Assembly: GCA_002633005.1 (NCBI GenBank)
Contig: NMRA01000032.1
Coordinates: 786,911 to 850,910, forward strand
Direction of reading: 5' to 3'
DNA length: 64,000 nucleotides
Source: Phoronis australis
Taxonomy: Eukaryota; Animalia; Phoronida
In this document: piece after piece, positions 14,730 through 28,500 of the stretch
How positions within the stretch are numbered: the stretch's first letter is position 1
Layout: each line of letters opens with the position of its first letter
Position numbers and translations under genes: made by a program
Notes under the pieces: model-generated
Told to the model about the DNA's origin: nothing
Database searches by the model: none
Seen by the model: only the letters and a program-made list of their open reading frames with translations

Positions 14730-15029
14730 CCGTATTGGCTTGATTAAGTGCCTGGGTGCACTGGAGACACCAGTAGTTTCACGAGACACAGTGCTTATTC
14801 TGCGGAGGCCAAGACTTAAAACTTTGGTAATGGTATTGTTATCCCATGCTATGCCATGCACGACTGTTAAAGTACTAGTTAAGTCTTGTGCAATACACAC
14901 ATTAGCATCCTCGGAAGTTAATCTAACTCTGGCACTTATTGAAAACCTGGTGCATTTTTTACTGAATTCCTGACACTAACTCGAGATAGGCACTTATTGG
15001 ATTCCCGGCGCAAAGTCGAGTCGATACGG
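14730..15029. mobile_element. Tc1/mariner (pogo/Tc2-like) MITE, degenerate
   Basis: TA|CCGTATTGGCTTGATTAAGTGCC ... GGCGCAAAGTCGAGTCGATACGG|TA: imperfect terminal inverted repeats beginning CCGTAT, flanked by TA. Several of the mismatches look like CpG decay. Confidence 0.6.
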
Positions 15030-16551
15030 TACGCATGTGTACAATGTTATTTTGCAATTGAAGGGAGGGCGACATCAAATGTTACTTTTTGTTTTGAAAA
15101 ATTAAATTTTAGCATAGCTTTTCTTCGTTTATGTGTATTCAAAATGCTTGTTTTTTGTTCTGCAATGTATCACAGTATTAGTGCCTAGAATGTGTTTTAG
15201 AAATAAGTAAACGTCCAAACATTTATACTGTTTTCAAGAAAGATTTATATATTCTGTTAAATGTGTTTATCCTGTGTTATAGAGATATGCCTTTTATGTA
15301 ATTTCGTGTTAAAAATGTGAATTTGACACTCAAATCATTCCTGTGTAGTCAGTCTTTTCCCAATGCAAACAATGCGTCAACTACGTGCTTATGCATTCTT
15401 TTCGTCAGTGGCAGAAAATAAGAAAATAAATACAATTTGTAAGAAAAGCATTGTATTCACGGGGAAAGGAACACTGTATTATGCTTTGGTAAAATTACCA
15501 AATTCACAAATTCCAAGTTCTTATTTTTCATTCATCAGTTTCCAACAACATCAAATTGGCAACAGCTTTGATGATGAAGATCATTCAAATGTATATCTTA
15601 ACAACAATACCGTATTATCAAAAGCAATAATAGCTAACTGAGAAAGATTCACATTTATAATGCGTCTTTCCCTAACAATAATTGTGATACTATCAAGAGC
15701 AATAAAAGTGAACTAAAAATAATTCATGTGTATCATCAAATCCCGTTTCACAATTGACCAAGTATTGCATGATTTATTGCCAGTATTAAAAAAACAGGAA
15801 GACAATGCATTTTAATTCACCATTTTTAGATTTTCTCTTTAAGTGTATTTCTTTTGATGACGTGTAACAAATGCATAACGTACTTCAAGGTTATGTAGGA
15901 CTAGAAAAATGTTAACGTCTCCCAATGGCAGATAGGTAAAAAGCCAAAAATCAAATCCAAAGGCTGTCTACTTTCAGAAAAGATACAATTTTACTGAGCT
16001 AATATCTAGTACAATTTTGTAGATATTTGGCCAAATATGCAGATTTGTCAATAAGGTCCCACATAACCTTAAACATGCATTTCTTCAGTGTGGAAAAACA
16101 TTTTGAATTGAAACCTTTCCATATCTTAAATAACGGGACAAGATGTGGGTCAGTCAATTCATGACGAATGTCAGTCGGGTAATCTTCGTTATGGATCCAG
16201 TTATTGTTTACATAAAGAACGATGGTCAATCATGGAATTGTTTACACAAGCATGACTGTACAAGCCTTCAACATGACTTTTTAGTGTTCCACTTGCTTTT
16301 ATTGGGACACTTTTGAAGGCAGTCAGTGTGATAGCCCCACCCCTAAATAACCTTTGACCTCACATTTTAACCATATGTGGAAAGGGGTGGAGCTTGAACT
16401 CAATACTGATTTAACAAATATGGCAATGTAACAACATGATTAAATCATGATGTAACTAAACAATAAATTAACCCAGTAAATTAACAACAGTTCAGAATGA
16501 ATCTGAAACGAATACAGCACTAACATTGACACAAAGGCAGCAAGCCGTCTG

Positions 16552-19500
16552 TTACATGATGTCGGTCAGAGTCCAATCGCCGTTTCCATGGATACTCAGT
16601 TCAACATTGTGGTACTCTCTCAGACTCTCCCGATGTGCCACACTGAGCACTGTGATATTGTACTGTTTACAGAAGTTGTAGACGACGCGTTCTGTCTGTT
16701 GGTCCATCTGGCTAGTGGCTTCATCTAGCACTGGAAATGGACGTGTTGTGGTTAAATAACATTGTGTATTTATCAAATACTGTTTCAATCTACATCATGA
16801 GCAAAACACTGGATGTTTAAGGTATATGCTCAGAACATTTTATACAGGGTAAAAAAGGCAAGCAATCCATCCACAGGGAGTTGAAAAATTCGTCTGCTCA
16901 CACTACAGACAGTGTGTAGGAAACTGACCTAACAAGCATGACAATAGGTTAATACTTTTTATAACAAAATTGTTGACTACAATTCCCGACACTGGGGGAG
17001 GTGACAGAAAACACAGAAACTAATCAACCCACCGAAAAGGTATGGACCCAGTATCATGACCAGACAGCCAGTCTAACAATAGATATACATAGAGGGCGCT
17101 TCTTAATTCACCATAACGGAGAGGACAGGAAATTCTTCCTATATTTACCAAAACTAACCTGCAAAGGGGGGATGATGATAGAACAGCCTGATGAAAGCTA
17201 TCCTCTGCATCTCGCCGGGAGACAGCTTGTCGTACCAGTTGAAGTTGCGTAGACAGTCCAGTCCACCCAGTCTTTCGACTACGCTGGACAGACCGACCGC
17301 CTCAAACAGCTGCAGTAGTTTCTCATCATTTGGTTCATCTAGAAGGAAAATTGTGGCATTGCCAGTTGCTGCATCACAAGTAGTGTTCAAGTCAAGATCA
17401 ATCAAATGCATGTTACTTAAAGTTACGTGTAGCTCTATTTCACAAAATTTCCATTGAAAATATCGGTGCTAACTAAAAAATCCAAAACACAAGTTTTTGA
17501 GCATTTTTACCGAAGTTTTAATACAGAAAATTTGGTGAATGCAGGTGAAAGGACTTTTCCCTTGGCAATGTGCGTTTCAAAAAATAACACTTTGCCAAAA
17601 ACGCATGTTCACATGGCTACGAAAATAGTACAGTGGTGTGAATGACATGATTTGATGACTTTTATGAACTGACAGTCGCTAGTTACACTTTCTTAGAAAT
17701 CTCAAGAAGAAAAAAATAAATAGGGATACACATAACTTAATTATTTGTCGAGACATTCCTGAGTAAGAAATGAAACTTGGAACTACTACAGCCATGTTGA
17801 CTTTATTATTTACTTTGAAACATTTTCTGTACATTATTTAAAAAACACAAAAAACGTTAAAAATACTCGCTACCAATTGTTGTTGGATTTCTGTTTTGAG
17901 AGTGATTTGAGTCATGCATCACATTTAGGTTACAAATACAAATTACATTATTTTGAAAATTTATATCAAAATTTTCAGACCTCCCAATCATTTGAGAAGA
18001 GGGTTAATCATACTAATGGGCATTCAGTAAGATAAGGGCTTAGTGATCTGATTGATCACAATCTTAGTTAAAATATTCGTCTTAGTTTCACAATTCCGCT
18101 TAATGGAAACTTTCATTCATATGAGAGCAATTGCAGTGGATTTGGATTAAAAGTTTATTGAATAAAGGTACTTTACTTTGCATATGGACTTACGTGCCTA
18201 ATTGTGCAAATGCAAATCAGTAAAAACTTGTTCCGAGTCCTTTACGAAAGCCAACAGCACAGAATTGTCATCCTTCAAATTGTTAACTTTAAAAATACAA
18301 AGGGGAAACATTTGAACAAAACGTACCAATAATTTGAGCAAAAGACTCTACTTATTATGTACGTTGAAGATGGATATTGCAAAATTATTACCTGCGTGAG
18401 GATCCAGCAATGGGAACATAATTTGTTCGCGCAGGGTCCCGTTGGTGAAGTAGGGCTTCTGAGGCAAGAATAGTATTCCTTGAGGTGACAACGATATATT
18501 GCATATCAACTTCCCTATAAAGCAGTAAAATAATTTAATTTCTTTAATCAATTGAACCCAACTGCAATCCATAATGTAAACATCACTGTTGTTAGCAGGT
18601 TTAGTCAAATGGGATGTGCAGCCTAGTCTACATAATGTAAGTCACAATTGCAACCTTTTCACAAGGTATAGACTGAAGTTGTTTAATTACCACCAAGCTG
18701 CAGATGTCACCAGTTACTATAGTAGCAGACAGGTGACCCACTGTATAATGCAATGGCTGTGTTAACCAGCAAAAAGGCACCGAAGGCGACCCTGACAACA
18801 TTACGTGGCCCAGGCATATAATAGGAAATTCAACAAATATAAATTAGACTGCAATAAAGAGTTTACTTTCAAGGTCAACACAACACCGGCTGTACTTGAT
18901 GGACTTGGCTGGTTCCGCCAAGTCAATCGGCTATTAAAGACATCTGATTGGTCTGAAAGCCATAAGTCGTTGTCGAGAACCAATCACATGTTTTAGCGGG
19001 TCCACTCGGCAGAGCCGGCGAAGTCAATCAAATGCAACCACTGTTAATTTTTACTCGCACCATACGCAGGTGTCCTGAAAAGGGGCACTAGGTTTTCAAA
19101 ATGTTTCAATTACTTATGTTGGGAACATCTAAAAATAGAGAAACGATTGCACCACATAAAACTGGCACAAGAAGTTATGTAAAACTTACAGAGCTCAGAC
19201 TAGAGACAATGACTGACCAACACATAAAGGGTCTAGATACGTGTCTAGAAACAAAAATTCCCCAGTAAAGACAAAATGAATGTTTTTATTTCACGTTTAC
19301 TTAGCATTCAGTCACTCCTGAAACATACATGACTGACAGGCACTCATTGCAATCCACTTTACCTCGAGTTGGTGTCCAAAGCCCACAGAGAACACGGAGC
19401 AGAGAACTCTTGCCACACCCACTGCTGCCCGTGACAAGGATGTTGACACCAGGTGTCACTCTAAGGTTGAGATCTGAAGCAAGTGGACAACCAACTTAGT

Positions 19501-22500
19501 AAAATCAAAAATGAAACAAATGCAAAAATAACCTAAGTCAAAAGGCGGCCATTCTTAATTTCGTAATTTGTTTATTAATGTGTTTTGAGGAAAATTAAAA
19601 TCTCATTTTAGTTGTATGTGACGATAATCTGTCATTCATTACAAATGTGCTGGCCAAAAACCAAGGATTGAGAGGTCCATGGTCCATGAACAAACAGACT
19701 TCATGAAGTATGAAAAAAAATAAATCAGACAGGTATCCAATTCCCACATGTTAATATGAGTAGGCGAGATGTAGCCTTTTCATGGTTTACGGGTAAGCCT
19801 TGCTCAATTTTACAACTTTTGTAGGAAAATTAGCTCCACCAAGTTGTCGGAATAAAGTCCTAATGGGCCTATAAAATCAGCACAGGTACATTTTCATGAA
19901 ATTGATCTGTGATAAAGCATCTGTCACCAACAAAAGATGTGGCATTCACCTGGAAATCATTGATGATAAGTTAGCAAACTGTATTGGTCTCTCCTTAAAC
20001 AAAGTCTTCAACCGAGACTCTAGAGAATGCAATGCTACAAACTCGAGTCCTCACTTCCAGTAACAGTAAGTTATTCAATTAAACTGGATGACTGGAAACA
20101 ACTAAGTATTAAACCCAAAATGTCAACATTTCAATTATTTCGCAAACTGACGGAAATACACATGAAAAGAATGCAATACAAGACCAAGCCAATGTTCATA
20201 ACTGACCTTTCACCAACGAAGAGCCACTTTTTGGAGCACCATAAGTTATCCCTTCAAGAACAAAGGCGCAGTCTTCATCTACTTCTTCCAACTGGATGGA
20301 ACTAGAGAACAACATGTCAGACATTAAACCCCGACACCTTTCATTCAGTTAATCCTCACATGATGCTAAAACTCTTTTCTAAACACTAATAAACTAGAAC
20401 GGATTTCCTAGAACGACAAGTTGGGTTATTGTAGAATCTTCGCAGCACAAAATATGAGAAATGTTGGGCAATGATGACAGTACTAATGGTAATGACAATG
20501 GTAATAGTAGTAATAATAATAATGATAATAATAATAATAATAAAAAATAGAGTGCCTTGAATTCATAACTCTATAAAATATTCAATAGGACGAACAGAAA
20601 AGGGTGACTAAAAGTTTCACAAGACGAAGAATGACACCACCAATTTTAAAATTACTTTTAAATTGAAGCCGATCCAATGTTATGCTCATTAGGTACATTG
20701 TAAACAGATTCATATTAAAATCTATATCCGAACCTACGGCAAATCTCAATTTAATGATACCTACGAATGACCATATTCCACCATGCCCACAACTATGCTA
20801 TTATAAAAACAGTTGCTATGATTATGGATTTTCTACAAAATAGATGTTAAGAATCAATCCACAAACGGGATATCTCTGCATTTCTTACTTGTCAGAGGAC
20901 ACTGAAGTTAATTCTGTGGAGGGTGGACTAGGGGTAGAACGTTGCAAGGTATACGTTTTGTCATCAGCACCTATGGAATGTAATACTTCCATCAACTCAC
21001 CAATTCTGCAATGTGAGAACGGATAAAGTTATATGAAACTGCATGACCGCACTTAAGTCAATATTTTTCTATAAATTTGCCATTCTATCATAAGTATACC
21101 ATAGGCATGTTATCTCAAATGCTTCGAAATACAGGCCGAAAAACTCGCACATAGCATAGTGGCAGTTCGTATAGTCTCCTAAAACCAGGGCTTGGAATGA
21201 CCAATGACAAAAAACGCAGAAACTTTNCGTCTGCAACGCCGCGGTAAGAAAGGAATTTGCCATGGAAATTTCATATCAAATTCGATTTTTTTACGCGGAA
21301 ATATTATAAAAAAAGCGGAAAGCACATTTCAAAAAAGCGGAAATCCGCGTTTCCGCGGAAAATTCCAAGCCCTGTAAAACAGATAGTGAAGGACACAAAA
21401 AAGCACTATGACAGAAAAAATTTTTTTTAAAGCCAATAAAACATGCAATTGTTCTAATACTTTATTAACACCCACATATTCATGATAGACCACTTTTGGG
21501 TTTCCCAAGTGAGTCAGGGAGGTGGGACAAAATCGCCATCTTGTTGCACAGCCTCGCATGTAGAAAACCAGCATGAGGTCTTACAAACCTCATACATAGT
21601 CCCGTTGTGCAGTAACAAGTCAGCACCATGACACCAAGGCAAGTGGGACAATGCTTCTTGTCTAGCAAAATGCCTATTGAGTACAACAGAGCACAAGTAC
21701 AATGCACAGTACATGCCAAAAGTAATCAGACAAAATGACCTAGAATTCTCTGTCACTATCACCGGAAAGAAGCCAGATTCATTGTTAGAGTAGTCTCCCC
21801 TGATGACTGAGAATGAAGGGGAATTAACAGGAAAGTTAGTAAGGAGCCTAAGTCATTCTGTAATCATAACTTTGTGCCCAAAATAGTTATTACCAGTTAT
21901 TACCAGTCATTGTTGCTGATAACATTTAATAACCTTCAAGACGAGGAAACAGTATCTTGACCGATTACTTTGTGCTTTCAAGACAATGATAAAATGAAAT
22001 TTTCCATGAACCAACGGTGAGACCATACGATCAAACATGTATAACAACCTGTGTTATAATACCTGTAAGCAGTTCCTGCAATTTCTGTGGCTTGGACAGA
22101 CATATCGATGAGCTGAGTAAAGCAGTTGATGAGGTATATAGTGACAAAGGCGTTCTGAAATAAAAAGACATCTCACTGGTGAATCAGTGATCCCCACAAA
22201 TTCAAGTTAAAGCACAGAGCTGCTGATACCTTTTACTAAGGGTGCAAAAAATCAGTTCACCTTCTTCTGTAAGCTATAGTTGTGAAAATAATAAATGTAT
22301 TATGTCTGAGACTATGTGGCACACTGGATTTAGCTCCTGGACTCTCGTTTGGGAGAACCGGGTTCGAATCCTAACTTAACTGGCAGACAATCAAGCATTG
22401 CACAAAGGTGTCACCTACTCCTATGAGCTCAGTCTTAAGAAGTGAATGTGTGCAAGGGAATGAATGAGAACCTACAGTAGATACAATGCAAAAGCGATTT

Positions 22501-25500
22501 CTGGGCTGTGCTCATTAATGACTAAAATTAAACTTCTGATATTACTAATAGTACTATTACTAATAGTAGTATTACTAATACTACTATTACTAATACTACT
22601 ATTATTACTGTTATTACTACTGCTACTAACATGATTATTATAATTATATAATAATACTTGAATCCATTTGATCTGTAAATGTCTTCAACATGAAAATATA
22701 TGCTATAATTCTTATTGCAATAAATGAGGCAAATCGAACACTGGAGCTAAAAACACAAACAAAAAAGCGTTACTGACCTGACTGATGAAGGAGCTTAGAT
22801 CTGCCGGACTGAAGTGATCGTAGGTACCCAGGAATATGGGGAAGGCGACGACCATGTAGCTCAGTATACCACCCAGGTAGTCGAAGGTGTTCACAGAGAC
22901 TGAAAACAATGTTTTCGTAAAAACAGCACTATCCCTCATTTTTAAAAAGTGGAATAGTGTGTTAAAGCTGATTATAACAACAACAAGGTTGAAAAACTTT
23001 CTCCCAAAAGGATTGGCAAAACTAGTGAGAGAAAATGAAAACGCGATCACAAGGGGACTTTCAAGGAGTAGCAACAAATAATTGAGCCTAACCTCTGGTG
23101 AAACTGTCAACCATGTAACCTATGGTCGAGAGAAAATCGAGAAACAATTTGTAACTGCTCAACCAAGAAGCCATATACTGAAAGGGTGGACATCAAGATA
23201 GGGCACCTGAAGATATTGAAAATGACACTAAGTTATGGGCTTGAGATGACCTGAAATACTCACAGTTTAGACCATATTGCCACCTGACAAGCTTCTGTTG
23301 AGTCTCAATTAGTCGGTCTAAACACTGGTTGGACTTCATTTCTTCTACTACAGCAGAGCGGTAGAACGCGGCTGACTCGGCATTGCTTCTGATGTGCATG
23401 TGTTTAAACCTGCAAAGTCAGAGCGCAAATTAATGCAGACGTCAACGCAGAAAGTGAGTGAAAAAGAATGAAGTTTTATGAGAGACAAAAACAACACCAC
23501 GTTGGAAGTTATATTCAAAAGAATTTGTTGCTGCCAGGAGACAAGTAACATGACAATGGGCAACTAAGTATTCACTAGGTGGCGCTAATCAAGAAAGGGT
23601 CTGGTTTTTATCATCTGAATAGAGGGAAAAGAAACCGATTTTCCAACCTGGGGGGCGTTTGTGGAATATCGAATTCACACGACTTGAATGCATGCTTCTT
23701 TTCTTCTAGTCAGAACATTGTTTCATATGAGTCACAAAGTGAATTTCAAGAACCTCATTTAAAATAAAACCATGCTTTGATGTTAACACACACTTTCTTT
23801 ACAGGCATATTTGCTCTTCCAAAGCAACCTCATCACTTTCCCAACCTTCGTATAAAATAATTCCCCACAATTTCCCTGACAACCATATTGTATGAGTGTC
23901 TTAAACTAACACACCGTGACAATGACGCCAGTGGGCCTGGTCTGAACCCATAGTCACATATCAGCTTTCTTTAAGCACAGACATCATTTCCAATACGACA
24001 CAAGAACAAGACTGATTATATAACACTGTGGCCTAGATCAAAACTTGGTTTTTGACAGGAGTGGATTTATTGTACCTTTAAACAGTCAAACGGCAATTCT
24101 GATTAAATTCACTCAACAGTTATACAAACGCCTTTAAGTACAAACATCGACTATCTTAAACCTTCAGTCCTCCAATTTTGGTACTGGGGTTTTCCGTAGA
24201 TAAGCCCACCCGATGAAACGCCCATGGGCGTTTATTCAGAAAATTGTGCCAAATACACGGCCATGGGTATTTATTTGGTGTTACAACTTGTGGTGTTAAG
24301 TGTCCAGGCAGTGGGACATTTATTCGGAAATTTTTGGCTTAAAAGCCCAAAAAGCGTCAACTTTTTCTAACAAATTCAGTTTTGTGGAGCATTTATCATT
24401 TATAAAAATGAATAAGGCATTGGTGAACTATGCATTTATTGACAAAAAAAATAAAAATGCAGTTTTAAGTGAAAGAGTGTCAAGCCAAGCAAAACTATCG
24501 CTTTCCGTTTACACGCCCCCTTTTCCGAATAAACGCCCATGCGTCTATTTGGTGTTGCTAAAACACCAGAAAATTTTCATTTTCCGAATAAACGCCCATA
24601 TGCTTATCTACGGAAATTCCCAGTATAATTGAAAACTTGAAGTTCACTTCATTTCAAAGCAATCCAATAACTACCCCAGACCTCAATTGGATTGAAAGGT
24701 AAATATGCATGGCATGGCATGAATCATGAGCAACAAACACTACAAAACCATTACCTGAAATCTCCTTCCATCCTTTCTTGCTTGTATACATAGTCTATGA
24801 CAGGCGACATGAGGAATTTGTTGATGATTGTGGCTATGATGAAAAACACAACCACACTGACAGGACCCAGAAAGCCAGTGCTGCAAAATGTAGAAATAAG
24901 CAATAAGCCTCCACTTAACCGTTTGAACATTACCATGTTAAAATGACAAATATACTTAGGAGGTAAACAAATCTCAACTACTTCAAACTACAATTGAGAT
25001 GATTCAACATGCCATCCGTTCCAGGCATAGTACAAATGGGAAAACTTAGAAGATTGTAAACTTGACTTATTTTTTAACTATTTATGCTCATGACCCCAAC
25101 ATTAACATAAAACAATACTCGCCTTTGAGATACAAAGTCAAATAGTTAATTATTTTGATGTTTTGACAATTTCTGATGAAGCCTTACCCACCAATTGATG
25201 ACAAAACCCCCGATTCTGATGATGTCATACCCAATGACTCGTGATTCCATACCAATTTCTGATGATGTCATACCCATTCACTGATGATGCCACATCAATT
25301 TCTGATGTCATACCCACTGACAGATTATGCTCCCTATTTAGCACGTATGGCAGTTTAGCACGTATGGCAGTTTAGCACGTATGGCAGACAAGTGAAATTT
25401 TATTAGCCTATTAGTGGCTTGTTTTGTACTGCGTAGGTGTCATAAAACAATATTTGATAACAATCTCATCATTTGCAGCAAAGTAATCAGCCTTTGAAAA

Positions 25501-28500
25501 ATGACAATGCTGTCAATTATTTTTGTCATAATTACTGTACATGGTTTGTTTGATTTTGGGTATAAGGCAAAACATCTTGCCAACAGAGTATGTTTGCCCC
25601 AGTAAGTCTTGTTACTGGGAATTTTGGCTCACAATGCCCCAGTAAGTCTTGTTACAGGGAATTTTGGCTCACCCTGTATAAGCCTGATACATGTAGTATC
25701 CAATGATGAACGGTGTGATCAGAAGTTGGGCTGATATTGTACTCATCTGCAAACACATCTTGTCCACATCTTGAGTAATCCTCTGATCTCTGAAATGAGA
25801 CCAATGTACAGTTACTGTAGTAAGAGTTTCACATTTATTAAATCTTAGGACAACTTGAATAGTGAATGTCTCTTAGTTGAAGGCTAAACTACATTGTGTG
25901 ACCTTGAATCATTCAAAATGTCGCGGGAGAAGTCACACAGCCATGTGAATAAGGTCCGCAAATGTATTTTAGCCTTCAAAAAGCAAAGTTAATCTATAGC
26001 TATGTGTCTGTTAAAAATAAAGGCATTAAGTAACCCTTAATTTAACAGTCAATGTTGTTGTTTGGACTCTTTGAAAAAAGTATAACTGTCTCAAATTATA
26101 CTCTTCTACGCTATAATTACGTTGACTGGAAGGATCAGTGTGCTTCAGTGGTTCAATTTATATTCTAAATTGGTTCGTTTTGAGCTGTTGGCGAACACCT
26201 TCAACATGCCAACAAGAACAGAACAAACAGGTGTTAAGTTCCACCCCATCGACACTTACGGATTGTCAATTTTGTGGTTGAGTACATTGACCTGGTAATA
26301 AGAGATGCCTCTGAAGTACAGTGTATGAAGGTAGCGGCAGGTGTAATTCCGCCAGGTGAGATACAGCAACGACGAGATGTAACTGGAAGTGCTCTTTACC
26401 TGAAAAAATTTGTTTGTATGAACTAACACCCATTTTCAGATAATCACCATTGCCTAAATATTTTGTGTTCCAGATATTAGTAACTGTACTTTGTTTATTG
26501 TTGTGCTTAATACTTAGTAGCTTTTGTTCTGCTTAATGTCTTTGTTGCATCTCAGTGTGCTGTAAAGCCTTTGTTACGTGGGCCATACGGGCGTGACAGT
26601 ATGTGTCACGTACTTCGCTAGCGACAGGCTACAGAGAAGGGTGTGTTTCCTTCTTTGGATTATATGGACTTGAGCAAATGTCATGAGCAACTGAACTGAA
26701 ATGTACGCGTTGAGGTGAAATACACAATCATTGAAGATTTGCTTTGTTAAAATACTACCACATCTTTACTTACAAAAGCATTAGACAGAATGATTAGCAC
26801 CGTTCCCACAGCTAGAGCCTTGAATCCATCCAAGTTCTTGTCGCCGAGGACACCATAGTATTTACTAGGTATCAAACCAGTATAGTAAACCAAGACTTGT
26901 TCTGGAGAGAGAAGCAAAGACAGGTGAACAGAAAGCAGAAATCTCTTTACATACATAGTCCTTTAATTTAGAAACAGTTATGGACTGAAAAAGCAAAGGT
27001 TTTGATACAAATGTTATGCATGTTTAAGACCTCACCGCATAAGTTTCCTAAGTTTCATGATAGGACAGCTTCTGTAAATCCATCTTCAGTAAAAATTTAT
27101 TTTACCTCCACTTACCCTTATAAAATGGTCTCAACGTCTTCCTTCCTCAGCTAAAAAGTGGCATCTTGGCCGGTGGCAATAACTAACTAACCTACCTGAA
27201 CTCACTGAACCCATGACAACCAAAATGTCACTTATGACTCTACTCTTAAAATCAAATCTAACGCCACACTTCCGAGTGAAATTTCTTATTTCGTGGAATG
27301 CTAATGGTCAATTTTTTAGTCAAGTCTCGAGCTAAATTTGGTGGGCTTTCTTTTTTCTGGGAATTTTTAACAACATAAAACTTCACTTGTCTACCATGTT
27401 GTATGTTTAACAGGTGAAGAAATACCATACATGCAGCAACCCACGAAGATTCCCAGGTAAATTGCAACTAAACAACATAGCAACATCCTAAAACATGCTC
27501 TTCTGTGTTGTGAGGTAAGAAATGGGCATAGGGCATCACAACTGGAGAGTGCTTTTCAAGCCTTCTTCTCGAGCTTATCAAGTTTCAAACATTAAATATT
27601 TTCTCTTCTCAACATTAATATTGTATTCAACTTTTCAATGCCAGCAAAGTTTTGCTACTATGCTGCGGGACTCGCATTGTTTTGTACCATCGTTTTTTAA
27701 GTGCTTCCTGCAGTGGAGAGCTTTGCCGTTGTCTGGTGTCAATTCTTACCTCACAGCCAAGAAGATAGTATCTGAGGATGGAGCAGTTGAAGAAGTTTTA
27801 CATCACTGCCGCGAGACCAGATGACATGTTAAGTGTACTTATGTAGTAACATCATTCCTGTGAGACCAGATGGCATGTTAAGTGGTAGTATTATCATTTC
27901 CGTGAGATCAGATGACATGTTAAGTGTACTTAAGCAGTAACATCACTCCTGTGAGATCAGACGACCTGTTAAGTGGCAGTATTATTATTTCCGTGAGATC
28001 AGATGACACGTTACGTGTACTTACGCAGTAAGCTTGACACAAGTAATGTCACAAACAACAGGACGGACACAGATCCCCAACCAGGAAATAAAATCTTTAA
28101 CAGACGAAGACATCTCTTGAGAAGAACTAATCCGAACTTCAGTCTGCAAAATAAAGAAAATTATATCCTGAACAAGATACCGTAGTATACCATGGATGAT
28201 CCTCATGTCATTCGATTTTTTCTCGCTCTACGATTTTTGAAGTCATTAACTGTGCAGTGGGTTTTTAAAAAGTTGACAAAACATCTTGCCAGGCCTTCAC
28301 TTAGAGGGGGTGGGGTCCAAATGGACACCCTTTTCAGCATTAAGACAATGTAAAGTAATGATATAAGATAGCAGCAGCTCTAACCATTTCATAAATGATG
28401 TACAGTAGATACAAAAAACTTTAATGCAGAACTGTCTCCACATTTCAGCCCAAATTATAATAATCTTATTTGGCGACTGGCTAATAAAAACCACATGATC

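Noticed and set aside
22308-22380. Possible tRNA gene
   Set aside because: A and B boxes are present, but the acceptor stem does not close and a SINE-like body and simple-repeat tail follow.
25170-25320. Tandem CTGATGA motifs resembling hammerhead cores or C/D-box snoRNA boxes
   Set aside because: There is no correctly placed GAAA or stem II, and no terminal stem with C/D spacing. A degenerate minisatellite explains it.
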